Positions 1-8,878 of a stretch of 52,879 nt of DNA are shown here, piece by piece. Position numbers and translations under genes: made by a program. Source of the DNA: a virus. Its lineage: Duplodnaviria > Caudoviricetes. The stretch covers positions 1 to 52,879 of IMG/VR virus record IMGVR_UViG_3300010222_000005. One strand, written 5' to 3'. The notes under the pieces are model-generated. The model ran no database searches and was not told the DNA's origin. It saw nothing but the letters and a program-made list of their open reading frames with translations. Position 1 is the first letter of the stretch; each line of letters starts with the position of its first letter.

Positions 1-55
1 TCTCGTGTCCCGTGGTCGACTAGGACGAGCGTACCAGGAGCCTGTTCAGTACCGG
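1..55. repeat. 55-bp exact direct repeat, copy 1 (copy 2 at 47188-47242)
   Basis: TCTCGTGTCC...GTTCAGTACCGG is identical at both places; the sequences diverge immediately afterwards (TCGCG vs AGGTC). Confidence 0.97.
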
Positions 56-281
56 TCGCGCAGTGACCGCCGTCGGTCATCGCCACCGGCGGCGAGCGCG
101 GGTCGTGGTCGGGGTCGTCGAAGCATTCGGAACAGCACTGCATCGCTGTCCGCCTGGAGCGGTACCGGGTGCCGCAGAGAGCGCATTTGAACCACTCTTG
201 ATCTTGGTCTCGGTCCTGCTCGTCGTCGGAGTCGATACATCGGTCTGTGGGGCGCTGGCCCCCGCAGTCGTGGTCGTGCAT
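1..281 (-). CDS. Zn-finger protein fused in frame to a cassette domain (3' end runs off the window)
   Basis: Hand translation from ATG 281: MHDHDCGG...WFKCALCGTRYRSRRTAMQCC...AMTDGGHCATGTEQAPGTLVLVDHGTR. The last part is identical to the ORF at 46989-47261. Not in the supplied ORF track. Confidence 0.75.
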   Translation of the reverse strand, partial: MHDHDCGGQRPTDRCIDSDDEQDRDQDQEWFKCALCGTRYRSRRTAMQCCSECFDDPDHDPRSPPVAMTDGGHCATGTEQAPGTLVLVDHGTR

Positions 282-315
282 GGTAGGTTCGGGGTTGCTG
301 TCTGTTGCTGCTCTG

Positions 316-552
316 TCAGTCCTCGCGAGGATCACTGATAAGTCGGTACTCGCCGGTCGGCGCGTACCGTTGTTCGGCATGCTCAGCGGCCATCAGCTGC
401 TTGAGGTTATTCCGAACAGTCTCGCGGGAGTAGTCAATTTCTGCGGCGACGTGGCCAATCGTAGCACATGAGCAGGGCTGTTCGTTAAACCAGTCCAACA
501 CGTCTTCCATTGATTCAGTCCGCTGAATCGCCACACTCACTGGGTAGTTCAC
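316..552 (-). CDS. Small winged-HTH DNA-binding protein
   Basis: TIGHVAAEIDYSRETVRNNLKQL HTH followed by a wing-like segment (TGEYRL). Confidence 0.75.
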   Translation of the reverse strand: MNYPVSVAIQRTESMEDVLDWFNEQPCSCATIGHVAAEIDYSRETVRNNLKQLMAAEHAEQRYAPTGEYRLISDPRED

Positions 553-584
553 CCAGGCAGTAGTACTTTCCGTAGCGCCAAGTA

Positions 585-637
585 TTTTGCGATTACGCCA
601 GCCGTACTAACTTGGCGTACTGCAAAAGATTTATTAC
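585..637. promoter_or_regulatory. Divergent promoter region with imperfect inverted repeat
   Basis: TTTTGCGATTACGCCA...TGGCGTACTGCAAAA dyad (585-627) abutting BRE/TATA-like AAAAGATTTATTA about 25 nt upstream of ATG 660. Confidence 0.55.
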
Positions 638-659
638 CGTGGGGCAGTATGTGTCTAAT

Positions 660-1085
660 ATGAGCGCGAGTCCGCGACCCGAGGCTGACGCTGCTGAGGG
701 TCAGAAGGCGGCCCGGTGTACTCGCACCGGACCTGAGCGCTCTGCCCAACGTATGAGTCAGAGCACATCTACCTCCGCGTCCGCGGAGCAAGAAAGCATC
801 GACATCGCGGCCGACGTCACGCAGCTTGGCGTCTTCGGCGTCGACTGCGACGGCGACCTGCACCGATACCACCAGGCGACCGGCACGGTGGTCGTCACCG
901 ACCAGCACAATGAGATCATCCAGACCCAGCCAGGTCTCGACCGCGACAAGGTCACCGACAAGTGGCTCCCCTACGTCGGCGACGAGCGCGGCTGGGTCGA
1001 CCACTGGTTCAACGCCGAGAGCGCCGTCGACGTCGCCGGGCGCCTGGCGCGAGCGCTGGATGTCGTCCACGAGGGTGACCGATGA
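660..1085 (+). CDS. Hypothetical protein
   Basis: Acidic ORF just downstream of a TATA box; ATGA overlap with the next gene. Confidence 0.7.
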   Translation: MSASPRPEADAAEGQKAARCTRTGPERSAQRMSQSTSTSASAEQESIDIAADVTQLGVFGVDCDGDLHRYHQATGTVVVTDQHNEIIQTQPGLDRDKVTDKWLPYVGDERGWVDHWFNAESAVDVAGRLARALDVVHEGDR

Positions 1086-1702
1086 CGCTGACCGACCGCG
1101 TCACGCGCGCCCTCGAGGAACCGCTGCTGTGTGAGGTCCGCGCGCCGGGGCTCTACCAGGTCGTCCCGGTCGACGGCGGCGCCCACGACGACGAGCTGGG
1201 CTACACGGTCGACGTCCGCGAGGGCCGCTGCTCCTGTCCCGACCAGCAGTACGGCGACGCGCCAGCGTGCAAGCACGAGATTCGAGCCCGTGCGATGCAC
1301 GAGGCTCGCCGCGTCCGGGACGAGCCGCGGTTCGGTCGCGGCATCGCGCTTCAGGACGACAGCCCGGCCGTCGCGACCGACGGCGGGACTACCGCTGCAG
1401 CCGACGGCGACGGGCAACGCGACGACACGCCTGATGACATGGCCGCCTACACGCTGTTCGAGCTCAAGGGATATCTCGAGGAGTTCGCCGCCGGCGAGTT
1501 CGGCGAGCTGCGTGTCCACCGCGAGGATGGCGACGCGTACGCCGCCCGCGTCGAGGTCGACGACCAACGCCTGCGTTTTGAACTTGAAGGCGCCGGCTTC
1601 CGAACCGTTCGGGTTGACGAGGTCGACACCGAGTTCTACGTGCAGGCCAGAGACGAGCCCTTCGAGCACAGCTATGTCGACAGCGTGGAGGGCGAACGAT
1701 GA
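1082..1702 (+). CDS. SWIM Zn-finger domain protein
   Basis: YTVDVREGRCSCPD...ACKH fits the SWIM CxCx(n)CxH motif; a second domain follows a TDGG linker. Confidence 0.8.
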   Translation: MTLTDRVTRALEEPLLCEVRAPGLYQVVPVDGGAHDDELGYTVDVREGRCSCPDQQYGDAPACKHEIRARAMHEARRVRDEPRFGRGIALQDDSPAVATDGGTTAAADGDGQRDDTPDDMAAYTLFELKGYLEEFAAGEFGELRVHREDGDAYAARVEVDDQRLRFELEGAGFRTVRVDEVDTEFYVQARDEPFEHSYVDSVEGER

Positions 1703-1977
1703 GCCTCCAGCAGCACCGCGAGTCGCTCGTCGGCGTCGCAGACCGGCACCGGCAGCTGACCAACGACCTTGTCGGGCTTGACGGCGTCTTCGACGCCGCG
1801 ACCGTCGTTGACGGGCCGAACGCCACCGGCTCGACGCCCGAGTTCCGGACGGAGATCGTCGTCGCGCCCGAGCTCGACGCCGTCCCGCCGGCGGTGCTTG
1901 AGCATGTCGCCGCCTACGGTCTCGGCCTCAAGCCCCAGCCCGACCAGGGCGACCACGTTGTTGTGTGGGCGCGATAA
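1699..1977 (+). CDS. Hypothetical protein
   Basis: ATGA-coupled to the previous gene; GGAGG upstream. Confidence 0.7.
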   Translation: MSLQQHRESLVGVADRHRQLTNDLVGLDGVFDAATVVDGPNATGSTPEFRTEIVVAPELDAVPPAVLEHVAAYGLGLKPQPDQGDHVVVWAR

Positions 1978-1978
1978 C

Positions 1979-2833
1979 CTATTCTTCGATTTCGACGGTG
2001 TAATTGCCGTCGGCGACCACCTCGAGGAAGAACAGTCCACTAAGTCGGACGCTCGTCTCGCCGTCAAATGTTCCAATCTCGTTGAATATCACATCGTCCG
2101 GGATCCCGCGTCGGTTGGCTTCGTCCCACGCTAACACTTGGAAGTTGCTGTCGCCGTCGTGCTGGCCGCTGACGGTGACACGGCCGTCGATTTCGATCCA
2201 TCCGTACACGTCCGACTGCCCGCCGCTCAGGCGGCCCGGCGGGATGCCGTAGTTATCATCGTCCGGGCTGGGTTCACCGAGTTCGATGCTCCAGTCGCCA
2301 TCAGCATTAATATCCAAAAAGTACTCGCGGTCGGGGAGCCCGATGCCGACCGCTCCGCTCACGGCCCCGATCTTGTTGACGAGGACATCGACAAGGTCAC
2401 CGCTCTCCTCGTCGATCAGCTTGACGATGAAGTTGCTCGATCCATCATGTTGGTAGACGAACGTTGTGTACCGGCTCGCTGGGAACGTGTCGGTCACGGT
2501 CTGACCATTGCCTTGGACTGTGGTGGCGTTGAGGAGCCAGTCGGTGTTCGCTGAGACCGCGGCCATCTCACCGATTGAGTCCGGTTCGGTCGGCGTCTCG
2601 GACTCCGTCTCCGTGGCCGTCTCGGCGTCAGCGGTATCGGTCGGCGTCGAATCCTCCGTGTTATCGGCGGGCGTCTGGGTCTCTCCCTGCCCGGTGCCGC
2701 CGTCTTCGTCCGGATTAGCGGATAAGGCCCCGATCCCGACACAGCCTGCAAGTGCATAGATGCCCCCAACCGCCACGTTCCGCCGCGTCGTCTGCGAGTC
2801 GTCAATCCCCGGTAACCGATCAAACCGACCCAT
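1979..2833 (-). CDS. Predicted Tat-exported lipoprotein / surface protein
   Basis: TRRN...ALAGC (twin arginine plus lipobox-like), a Thr/Glu/Pro-rich linker and two repeated beta domains (HDGSSNFIV / HDGDSNFQV). Confidence 0.75.
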   Translation of the reverse strand: MGRFDRLPGIDDSQTTRRNVAVGGIYALAGCVGIGALSANPDEDGGTGQGETQTPADNTEDSTPTDTADAETATETESETPTEPDSIGEMAAVSANTDWLLNATTVQGNGQTVTDTFPASRYTTFVYQHDGSSNFIVKLIDEESGDLVDVLVNKIGAVSGAVGIGLPDREYFLDINADGDWSIELGEPSPDDDNYGIPPGRLSGGQSDVYGWIEIDGRVTVSGQHDGDSNFQVLAWDEANRRGIPDDVIFNEIGTFDGETSVRLSGLFFLEVVADGNYTVEIEE

Positions 2834-3070
2834 GGTCAGGCGTCAGGTGCCATCGGTAAAGTAGTAGGGGAGGTGTGAAACAACGCCAGAATTCAGTTTC
2901 GAGAGGTATTAACCAACAGGCGCGGTCGTAAACGCCACGCTGTTGGTTAAGTTCTACATTCACCTACAGAATCTGCCTGAAAGATTCGCCCGCAGGCGAT
3001 TCTCGCGTGTTCACTTTCACCATACCGGATAATTTCGTTTACAAATGTCCACCTCTTGATTCGGTCCCGT

Positions 3071-3331
3071 ATGGTGGGGCAAACGCTCCAGTCGGACGGG
3101 AGTGCTGAAGCTGACGCCGGCGAACGCGTCGTGATCGACCGTGAGAGCACACAGGATCGGTGGCGATATCGGTGCCCGAATAACCACACGCGCTGGGCAC
3201 CGACGAACAGCCATGTCTACTGCGCGAGCTGTGCCTCGGTAGCCGACTCGGGTGAGGGCCCCGAGTATTGGGCACTGCTCGACACGAAGACCGGCGAACG
3301 GATTCCGTGGTCGCGGGTGGTGTTCCGGTGA
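3071..3331 (+). CDS. Small Cys/His Zn-binding protein
   Basis: RYRCPNNH...VYCASC motif. Confidence 0.7.
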   Translation: MVGQTLQSDGSAEADAGERVVIDRESTQDRWRYRCPNNHTRWAPTNSHVYCASCASVADSGEGPEYWALLDTKTGERIPWSRVVFR

Positions 3332-3605
3332 TGGTAGCGTCAATCGGAGTCGTCGCTGACCTCCACCTCAGTCGATCCCTGCTCGAGTGCGTCCGGCGAC
3401 GGTGGCCGGGTGGAAGCCACCTTTCGGTCGTCGGTAAGAACGGTAATCAGGGTGCTCGTATGAGATCCAGTGACACCAATCAAAACGTCGCGGGTCAAGC
3501 AAGCGCGGATGCGCACCGTGGGGAATCAGTTAGCCACCGTCGGCATCGTTCTGCGGCTTCTCTTGTCCAACAGCTACTGAACGAGATTGCCACGCCCCGC
3601 CAGCG

Positions 3606-3782
3606 TCACTCCTCATTATCGCCGTCAGCCATTTCACGCTCAAGATACTCCTCCAGCGCCTCGCGGACGACTTCGGACTGGGTCGGCTCAAAGCGGTGTT
3701 GGTCTCGGAATTCCTCAAGCCGCTCGGCTAAGTCGTCGTTGACGCGAATGGACAGCTGCGATGCCATTGTGGTGACGGACAT
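3606..3782 (-). CDS. Ribbon-helix-helix (CopG-like) regulator
   Basis: QLSIRVNDDLAERLEE...QSEVVREALEEYL is a typical RHH pattern. Confidence 0.85.
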   Translation of the reverse strand: MSVTTMASQLSIRVNDDLAERLEEFRDQHRFEPTQSEVVREALEEYLEREMADGDNEE

Positions 3783-3907
3783 GTTCAGTATGCTCCGTAA
3801 TGAAATGTTGCGGTGCAACACTTATAATTCTCACGGTTTATATAAAGCCGTATATGTGTTGGGTGTAACATAATGCTTAAGTGCATGGCGTATGTTGCGT
3901 GTATTAC
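3783..3907. promoter_or_regulatory. Divergent promoters with three operator-like sites
   Basis: AT-rich gap containing TTTATATAAA, CTTATAAT and CTTAAG; related sites TGTTGCGGTGCAACA (3806-3820), TGTTGGGTGTAACA (3857-3870), TGTTGCGTGTATTACA (3893-3908). Confidence 0.65.
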
Positions 3908-4096
3908 ATGGAGGACGATAGCGTGACCTCGGAGTCCTCTGAGGCTGACGCGGATGAGCGGATTCATGTCCGCGTGCCGCCGGAACTCAAACAGCAGGTC
4001 AGAGTCGAGGCGGCCAAAGCCGGCCAGTCAATCTCGGAGTATGTCCGAGAGGGGCTTCGAGCAGACCTCGAAGGCAACACGACCGATGATGAGTAA
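3908..4096 (+). CDS. Ribbon-helix-helix regulator
   Basis: RIHVRVPPELKQQVRVEAAKAGQSISEYVREGL. Confidence 0.85.
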   Translation: MEDDSVTSESSEADADERIHVRVPPELKQQVRVEAAKAGQSISEYVREGLRADLEGNTTDDE

Positions 4097-4572
4097 CGCC
4101 ACTACCACGCCGCCAGCAGGTGCCTCGGTATTGTCCACGTTCGAGTCGTGGATGGCGGCCTTCGGACCATCGCGACGACTGTCCCGCACGTCCCGTACGG
4201 GGCCGCGGGCCGCCGTCGCAGGGGCCGTCCAGCCCCACCCCTGTATCGCTCATCAACCATCCATCGCAGACGACACCTGCATTGTGGGTTCCACCACCGA
4301 ACTCGCTCCTCTGTCCATGTGGCAGCTATCGGAGGCGGTCGAACCGGTCACATCATCCATGGACGACCGTCGCGATGGTCCGGCCGACCCAGGTGGCACG
4401 CCACCCGGCGCTGTCCAAGACGGCGTCGCGCGTGCGGCGGTTCGACTCCGCCGGTCGGCACTTAGAGGCACAGCTCGCTAACTAATCAGCGGTCGCAGTG
4501 CACCGGGAGCAGCCCCCGAACCTACCAAAGTCAGACGGCTGCTCGCCGGTGGGACGGATCAGCCCAAACACG

Positions 4573-4863
4573 ATGTCAATGGATGACCCGTCCGGTCGGG
4601 GGGAAGGACCGACCGGACAAAAGAGCAACGACGACGGCTCGCGGCCCAATGGTGGGCCCATCGAGCCAAGCGCATCGACACCGACGCCAACTGGAATTGC
4701 TCGCGAGGCCCGCAGCAACCTCCGCGAGCTCCGCGACCGGCTAGCCGCGGTGGAGGGGGCGAACAGCACCCGGGCGCTGACCGAGACTGAGGAGGCGCTG
4801 GAGGCGACCGGCTGTGCAATCGCGTTCATGACCGAGGCCGAGGCTAGAAGAGGTGGCAAATGA
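4573..4863 (+). CDS. Hypothetical protein (helical C-terminus)
   Basis: ATGA-coupled to 4860 with GAGGTG upstream of that start; own start codon uncertain. Confidence 0.55.
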   Translation: MSMDDPSGRGEGPTGQKSNDDGSRPNGGPIEPSASTPTPTGIAREARSNLRELRDRLAAVEGANSTRALTETEEALEATGCAIAFMTEAEARRGGK

Positions 4864-5606
4864 TGCAGGCGGCCATCCTGTACGCCCTCGAAGGCTCGCC
4901 GGACGGGGACATTATCGAATCGAAGCTGGACGGCCAACTGCCGGCGGTCGAAGCCCACGCGACGGAGTACCTCGACGGCCTGCGGCTCAGCCACGGGCAG
5001 GCCGCCGCTCGGATTCACGACGAGCGCACGCTCCCAATGCCGACCTCCAGCGGTATCGAGACCGAACAGATGGAGGTAACGCGGAAGGCCCTGGTCGACT
5101 TCTATGTCGACCTCGAGGGTGGCTGGGCCGGGATCTCCTCGTCGGACGGCGAGTGGTTCGTTGAGGAGTGGCTGCTCACGCAGCACAGCGTCGCGGGCCA
5201 CGAGATGATGCTGGACATGGAGGCATGGATTAGCGACTTCCTTGAGGAGTCCTCGCCCAAGGTGTGGGGCGTCAGCTACTCGGTCGAGGGGGACGACGAG
5301 ACCACCCGCGCCGGCGCGGACTTCCACCGCGACGCCGATCTCGACCAGCTGGAGCGGGACGATGAGCACATCTCGGGCGTCGGCTTCCGTTACGACTGGT
5401 CGGGCAACATCGTCCGCGGCGTCATCTACGAGTCCGGCTACGTCGCTCTCTACAACCACTTCACCGAGGAAGCCTTCGGCCGCTGGCTCGCCGACCATGT
5501 CATCCCGTACAGCTATTCGGATGTCGAGGCGGCCGCCGAGACCCACCAGACCACGCTCGGCGAGACGGCCGACGTCGAAGAATCGGGGGAAGAAGCCGAT
5601 GTCTGA
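4860..5606 (+). CDS. Hypothetical protein
   Basis: 248-aa acidic ORF with halophile-like composition. Confidence 0.8.
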   Translation: MMQAAILYALEGSPDGDIIESKLDGQLPAVEAHATEYLDGLRLSHGQAAARIHDERTLPMPTSSGIETEQMEVTRKALVDFYVDLEGGWAGISSSDGEWFVEEWLLTQHSVAGHEMMLDMEAWISDFLEESSPKVWGVSYSVEGDDETTRAGADFHRDADLDQLERDDEHISGVGFRYDWSGNIVRGVIYESGYVALYNHFTEEAFGRWLADHVIPYSYSDVEAAAETHQTTLGETADVEESGEEADV

Positions 5607-5742
5607 GGAGGCCGCCGAGAAAATCCAAGACGCGCTGAACCTGGCGGCCGTCGGCGAGGCCGACATCGAGACGCTGAAAACGGAGTTCGAGAAGGGCCTG
5701 GAGAAGCTCGAATACCTCGAGGAGATGCGGGGGGAGACCTGA
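5599..5742 (+). CDS. Small helical protein
   Basis: MSEEAAEKIQDALNL...; overlaps both neighbours. Confidence 0.65.
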   Translation: MSEEAAEKIQDALNLAAVGEADIETLKTEFEKGLEKLEYLEEMRGET

Positions 5743-5900
5743 TGCGACGCCGTCGAATAGTCAAGAGCGTCCGGCAGTACGCCGGCGTCGGCGACCAGTC
5801 CGACGCGTGCCGCAACGGGACGGTCGGCTGCCCCGGTGAGACGGTCGGCGACGAGTTGCCCTGCTCGGCGTGCTTCCTCAACGGGGCTGGTGACCAGTGA
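5742..5900 (+). CDS. Cys-rich microprotein (52 aa)
   Basis: Hand translation MRRRRIVKSVRQYAG...ACRNGTVGCPG...LPCSACF; fills the gap exactly with TGATG/GTGA overlaps. Confidence 0.65.
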   Translation: MRRRRIVKSVRQYAGVGDQSDACRNGTVGCPGETVGDELPCSACFLNGAGDQ

Positions 5901-6394
5901 CCGAGCAGTCCTCAGACGTATATACTGAGGCCACGTTCCACGGCTACGACAGCGTCAGCAGCGCGCTGGAGGCCGCCGGCGCCACGAAGAACCCGGCCAG
6001 CGTCCATTCGGCGCTGAAGCGGGTGTACCACGAGGCTATTGGCGAGCCCGCCGAGCCCGCAGCCTCGGACTACCTCGCAGCCATCAGCGCCACCGACGGC
6101 GCCCTCTGCGTCGAGCTGGACCGCGAGCAGCCCATCATCTTCCGGGGCGGCAAGGCGGTCCCGGACGGCGCCGATACCGACTACCAGCGCTACGACGAGG
6201 CCGTCGAGGAGCCCGTCGTCGTGGACGTCCCGTCGGCGGTCATCTCTAACTGGGTCGCCCAGTGGGGTGGGTCGCTACGGCTCTACGACGACCGCGTCGC
6301 TGGGTGGTTCGGCAATGCCGACCCGTTTGGCGGCGACAGCGATGTTGACCTGGAGATGCAGGCAGCGCGAACCCGCTCTTACAGGGGGCCCTGA
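5897..6394 (+). CDS. Hypothetical protein
   Basis: Acidic ORF within the operon. Confidence 0.75.
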   Translation: MTEQSSDVYTEATFHGYDSVSSALEAAGATKNPASVHSALKRVYHEAIGEPAEPAASDYLAAISATDGALCVELDREQPIIFRGGKAVPDGADTDYQRYDEAVEEPVVVDVPSAVISNWVAQWGGSLRLYDDRVAGWFGNADPFGGDSDVDLEMQAARTRSYRGP

Positions 6395-6396
6395 CG

Positions 6397-7353
6397 ATGG
6401 GCTGGGATACAGTCACGCCGGGCGATGTCGGGAGCCACGAACCGTTGCTTATCATCTACCGCGGGCTGTCCTCGCGAATCAACGCAGCCGCCGACGAGCA
6501 GTTTTTCACCGACGCCGAGGCGGTCCGTCTGCACGTCGACACCGACCGCAAGCTGCTGTGGCTGGAGCCGGTCGTCGAACCGGCGCCGGACGCCTACACG
6601 ATCTCCCGAGACAACACCAATGGCGGCACGCTGTCATCGCGACGAGCGCTCGAACGTGTTGGTCTCGAACAGTTCGACCTCGAGGGGAGCACCAGCCTTG
6701 AGCTCGTCGAGCGGGACGGCCGTATCATTGCCGACCTCTCGGTACTGCCGCCGGTGGGCGACGGGACGAGCGCGGATTCGGGCGATCCGTCAGCGGGCAG
6801 GGCCAACAACGAGGCCGCGGACAGCGGCGACGAGTCCGCGAACGATACCGGCGCTGCCGACAAAGGCGGCGAGCTACCGCCGCCGTCGGTCGCCGTTGAC
6901 ACCGCCTTCGATGCCGACCATACCGACCGCCAGACCATCCTTGACTACCTGACCGGCGTCGTCTCGGTCGATGGAGAGATTGCGGTCCGCGCGTCGGCCA
7001 TCGCCGGCGTATTCGAGCGATTTTCGAGCCGCGTGGTCGGGCAGCACCTCAGTGTCCTCGCAGATCACGCCGACGATCTCGACATCAAGGTTCGTCGCGA
7101 GGAACAGACCAGCGGCGCCGCGATATGGCACATCGCTCCGGCGGTCGACAAGCCCGGCGAGATAGCCGGCGGCGGGGCGCTGGAGGAGGTCCGCAATACT
7201 GCCCGTGCCGACTATGTCGGGTCTATCGACGCCCTCGCCGAGCACCTTGACGTGACACCGGATCGGGCTCGGCGGTTGGCACTAGACGCCAACGTGTACG
7301 CCGACCTGACCGATTCGCCGCCCGAGGGTGGCTACGGGAGGGGCAACGCATGA
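6397..7353 (+). CDS. Multidomain hypothetical protein, probably DNA-binding
   Basis: wHTH-like segment (RASAIAG...SSRVVGQHLSVL) and a C-terminal HTH-like segment (SIDALAEHLDVTPDRARRL). Confidence 0.65.
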   Translation: MGWDTVTPGDVGSHEPLLIIYRGLSSRINAAADEQFFTDAEAVRLHVDTDRKLLWLEPVVEPAPDAYTISRDNTNGGTLSSRRALERVGLEQFDLEGSTSLELVERDGRIIADLSVLPPVGDGTSADSGDPSAGRANNEAADSGDESANDTGAADKGGELPPPSVAVDTAFDADHTDRQTILDYLTGVVSVDGEIAVRASAIAGVFERFSSRVVGQHLSVLADHADDLDIKVRREEQTSGAAIWHIAPAVDKPGEIAGGGALEEVRNTARADYVGSIDALAEHLDVTPDRARRLALDANVYADLTDSPPEGGYGRGNA

Positions 7354-7484
7354 GCGGCGTCGACTGTCCAGTCTGTGGCGCCGTCGTCGAGTGTGAATGG
7401 AAGTGTCAGGCCTGCGGTAAGCCGCGGCCGTTCGGAACCCGCGACGGCGTCGGGGCCGGTGCACAGGATGGGGGAGGACGATGA
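7350..7484 (+). CDS. CPxCG-type Zn-finger microprotein (44 aa)
   Basis: Hand translation MSGVDCPVCGAVVECEWKCQACGKP...; ATGA overlaps at both ends. Confidence 0.75.
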   Translation: MSGVDCPVCGAVVECEWKCQACGKPRPFGTRDGVGAGAQDGGGR

Positions 7485-7900
7485 GCGTTCGCGCAGGCTA
7501 TCACGAGCAAGACTATGCGACACCGTCGAAGCCTATTCGCGAGACACTAACCTACCATCCATCGGCAGCCCTTGAGCTGCCCGAGCCCGACCAGACCATT
7601 CGTCGGTCGGAGTTACTCGAGCAGCCCCACTGGAATCACTCGCTGGCCTCAATCGCGACGACACACGGGATTCTCAAAAAAGAGGTTCACAGGAAGACCA
7701 CTGGGCATCTCTGGTCGGTTGACGCGGACGTGTACGCCTGGGTGGTCGATACGATTGACCCGCCGGATTTGACCCCCTGCGGGCACCAGGGCGTCCGCTG
7801 CGTCGAGGCCGGCGAAACCTACACTTGCTCGCTCCCCGACACGGAGTGCGACGAACAGTTCGGACGCGAGGCTGCCGAAGCGGTGATTGGCGATGACTGA
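7481..7900 (+). CDS. Hypothetical protein with C-terminal Cys cluster
   Basis: PCGH...YTC...EC. Confidence 0.75.
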   Translation: MSVRAGYHEQDYATPSKPIRETLTYHPSAALELPEPDQTIRRSELLEQPHWNHSLASIATTHGILKKEVHRKTTGHLWSVDADVYAWVVDTIDPPDLTPCGHQGVRCVEAGETYTCSLPDTECDEQFGREAAEAVIGDD

Positions 7901-8660
7901 CGCGTACGCGCATACGCTGTCGGTCGGCGACCTCGTCGTAGACCGCGATCTCCCGATGGAGGAGCGATCCTTCGCGGTCGTCGTGAACACGCCGCCGAAG
8001 ACCGCCGCGGAGTGGACACTCGCCGATGGCGGGACGGTCTCGACAGACAATCCCAGCTATCGCGACGACGAACCCGTGGCCATCGCCGTTCACGTCGACG
8101 ACTTCCGGCGAGCCATTCCGTACTGGTCGCCGGTCGGCGCCATGCCGATGGACATGCTCAACGACCGCGGGGTCAGCTGGTACGCCTTCCCCGACGCGCG
8201 ACTCTATCGCTGCGGCTGGGTCGGCCCGCATACGGTCCCGGTCGAGTGTCTCGGGCCGTCGCCGTACCACAACCGCGAGTTCGACATCGCCGACAACCGG
8301 CGATTCCTCGCTGAGATCCAGGACCGCGGGTATCCGGACCCGACGCCGCTGGCGCGAGTCATCGACAACGGGACCGCTCATCTGGGCGGTGACGAGCTGC
8401 CGACGCTGGAGCTCATCAACGGCCATCGGCGCGTGTGGGCCGCTCGCGAGCTCGGCTTCGAGTCCATCCCGGTCCGGGGCGTCTACCTCGGTGACGAACG
8501 GGCTGCCCGCTGGTTCGCCCGCCATCATCTCCCCGACTATTCATCGCCGCAGACGAGAGACGCCGCTCGAGAGCTGATCGACCGCCTCGGCGACGCCGGC
8601 GAGCGCATCATAAGTGAGCACGTCGCGACCGACGCCGTCGCAGGAGGTGCGTCATCGTGA
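7893..8660 (+). CDS. ParB/Srx-like N-terminal-domain protein with an extra N-terminal domain
   Basis: ELINGHRRVWAARELGFESIPV matches the ParB box motif (GxxRxxA); PSPYHNR precedes it. Confidence 0.8.
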   Translation: MTDAYAHTLSVGDLVVDRDLPMEERSFAVVVNTPPKTAAEWTLADGGTVSTDNPSYRDDEPVAIAVHVDDFRRAIPYWSPVGAMPMDMLNDRGVSWYAFPDARLYRCGWVGPHTVPVECLGPSPYHNREFDIADNRRFLAEIQDRGYPDPTPLARVIDNGTAHLGGDELPTLELINGHRRVWAARELGFESIPVRGVYLGDERAARWFARHHLPDYSSPQTRDAARELIDRLGDAGERIISEHVATDAVAGGASS

Positions 8661-8878
8661 GCCACCGTACCTGTGTCAACTGCGGCAAGTCCCTCGACAA
8701 CACCCCCTACGAACTGTGGCTGTTCTACACCTGCCGAGGCTGCGCTGCTGAGACGCACACTCGCGACTGGGACGAACGGATTGGGTCCGAGCGGAAATGG
8801 GCTTACACACCGGACTGGCACTTCAAGCAAACGACGCTCCCGCTGCTCGGTGGGCTTTCAGGGGGTACAGTGTCGTGA
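8657..8878 (+). CDS. CxxC microprotein
   Basis: CVNCG...CRGC; GGAGGTG upstream. Confidence 0.7.
   Translation: MSHRTCVNCGKSLDNTPYELWLFYTCRGCAAETHTRDWDERIGSERKWAYTPDWHFKQTTLPLLGGLSGGTVS

Noticed and set aside
1-55. attL/attR or terminal repeat interpretation of the 55-bp repeat
   Set aside because: It lies inside a viral ORF, not a tRNA; the sequence beyond 47242 is still virus-like; there is no intact integrase; and the length equals a common assembly k-mer.
1375-1390. Isolated TDGG/ADGG peptides as recombination sites
   Set aside because: xDGG is common in haloarchaeal linkers and can reflect embedded Shine-Dalgarno-like sequence; counted only where the GT[ED][RQ] core accompanies it.
4482-5666. 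Long antisense ORFs (also 971-1669, 30332-31384, 24315-25025 and many others)
   Set aside because: Shadow frames of GC-rich genes; the opposite strand carries the acidic, motif-bearing, translationally coupled ORFs.
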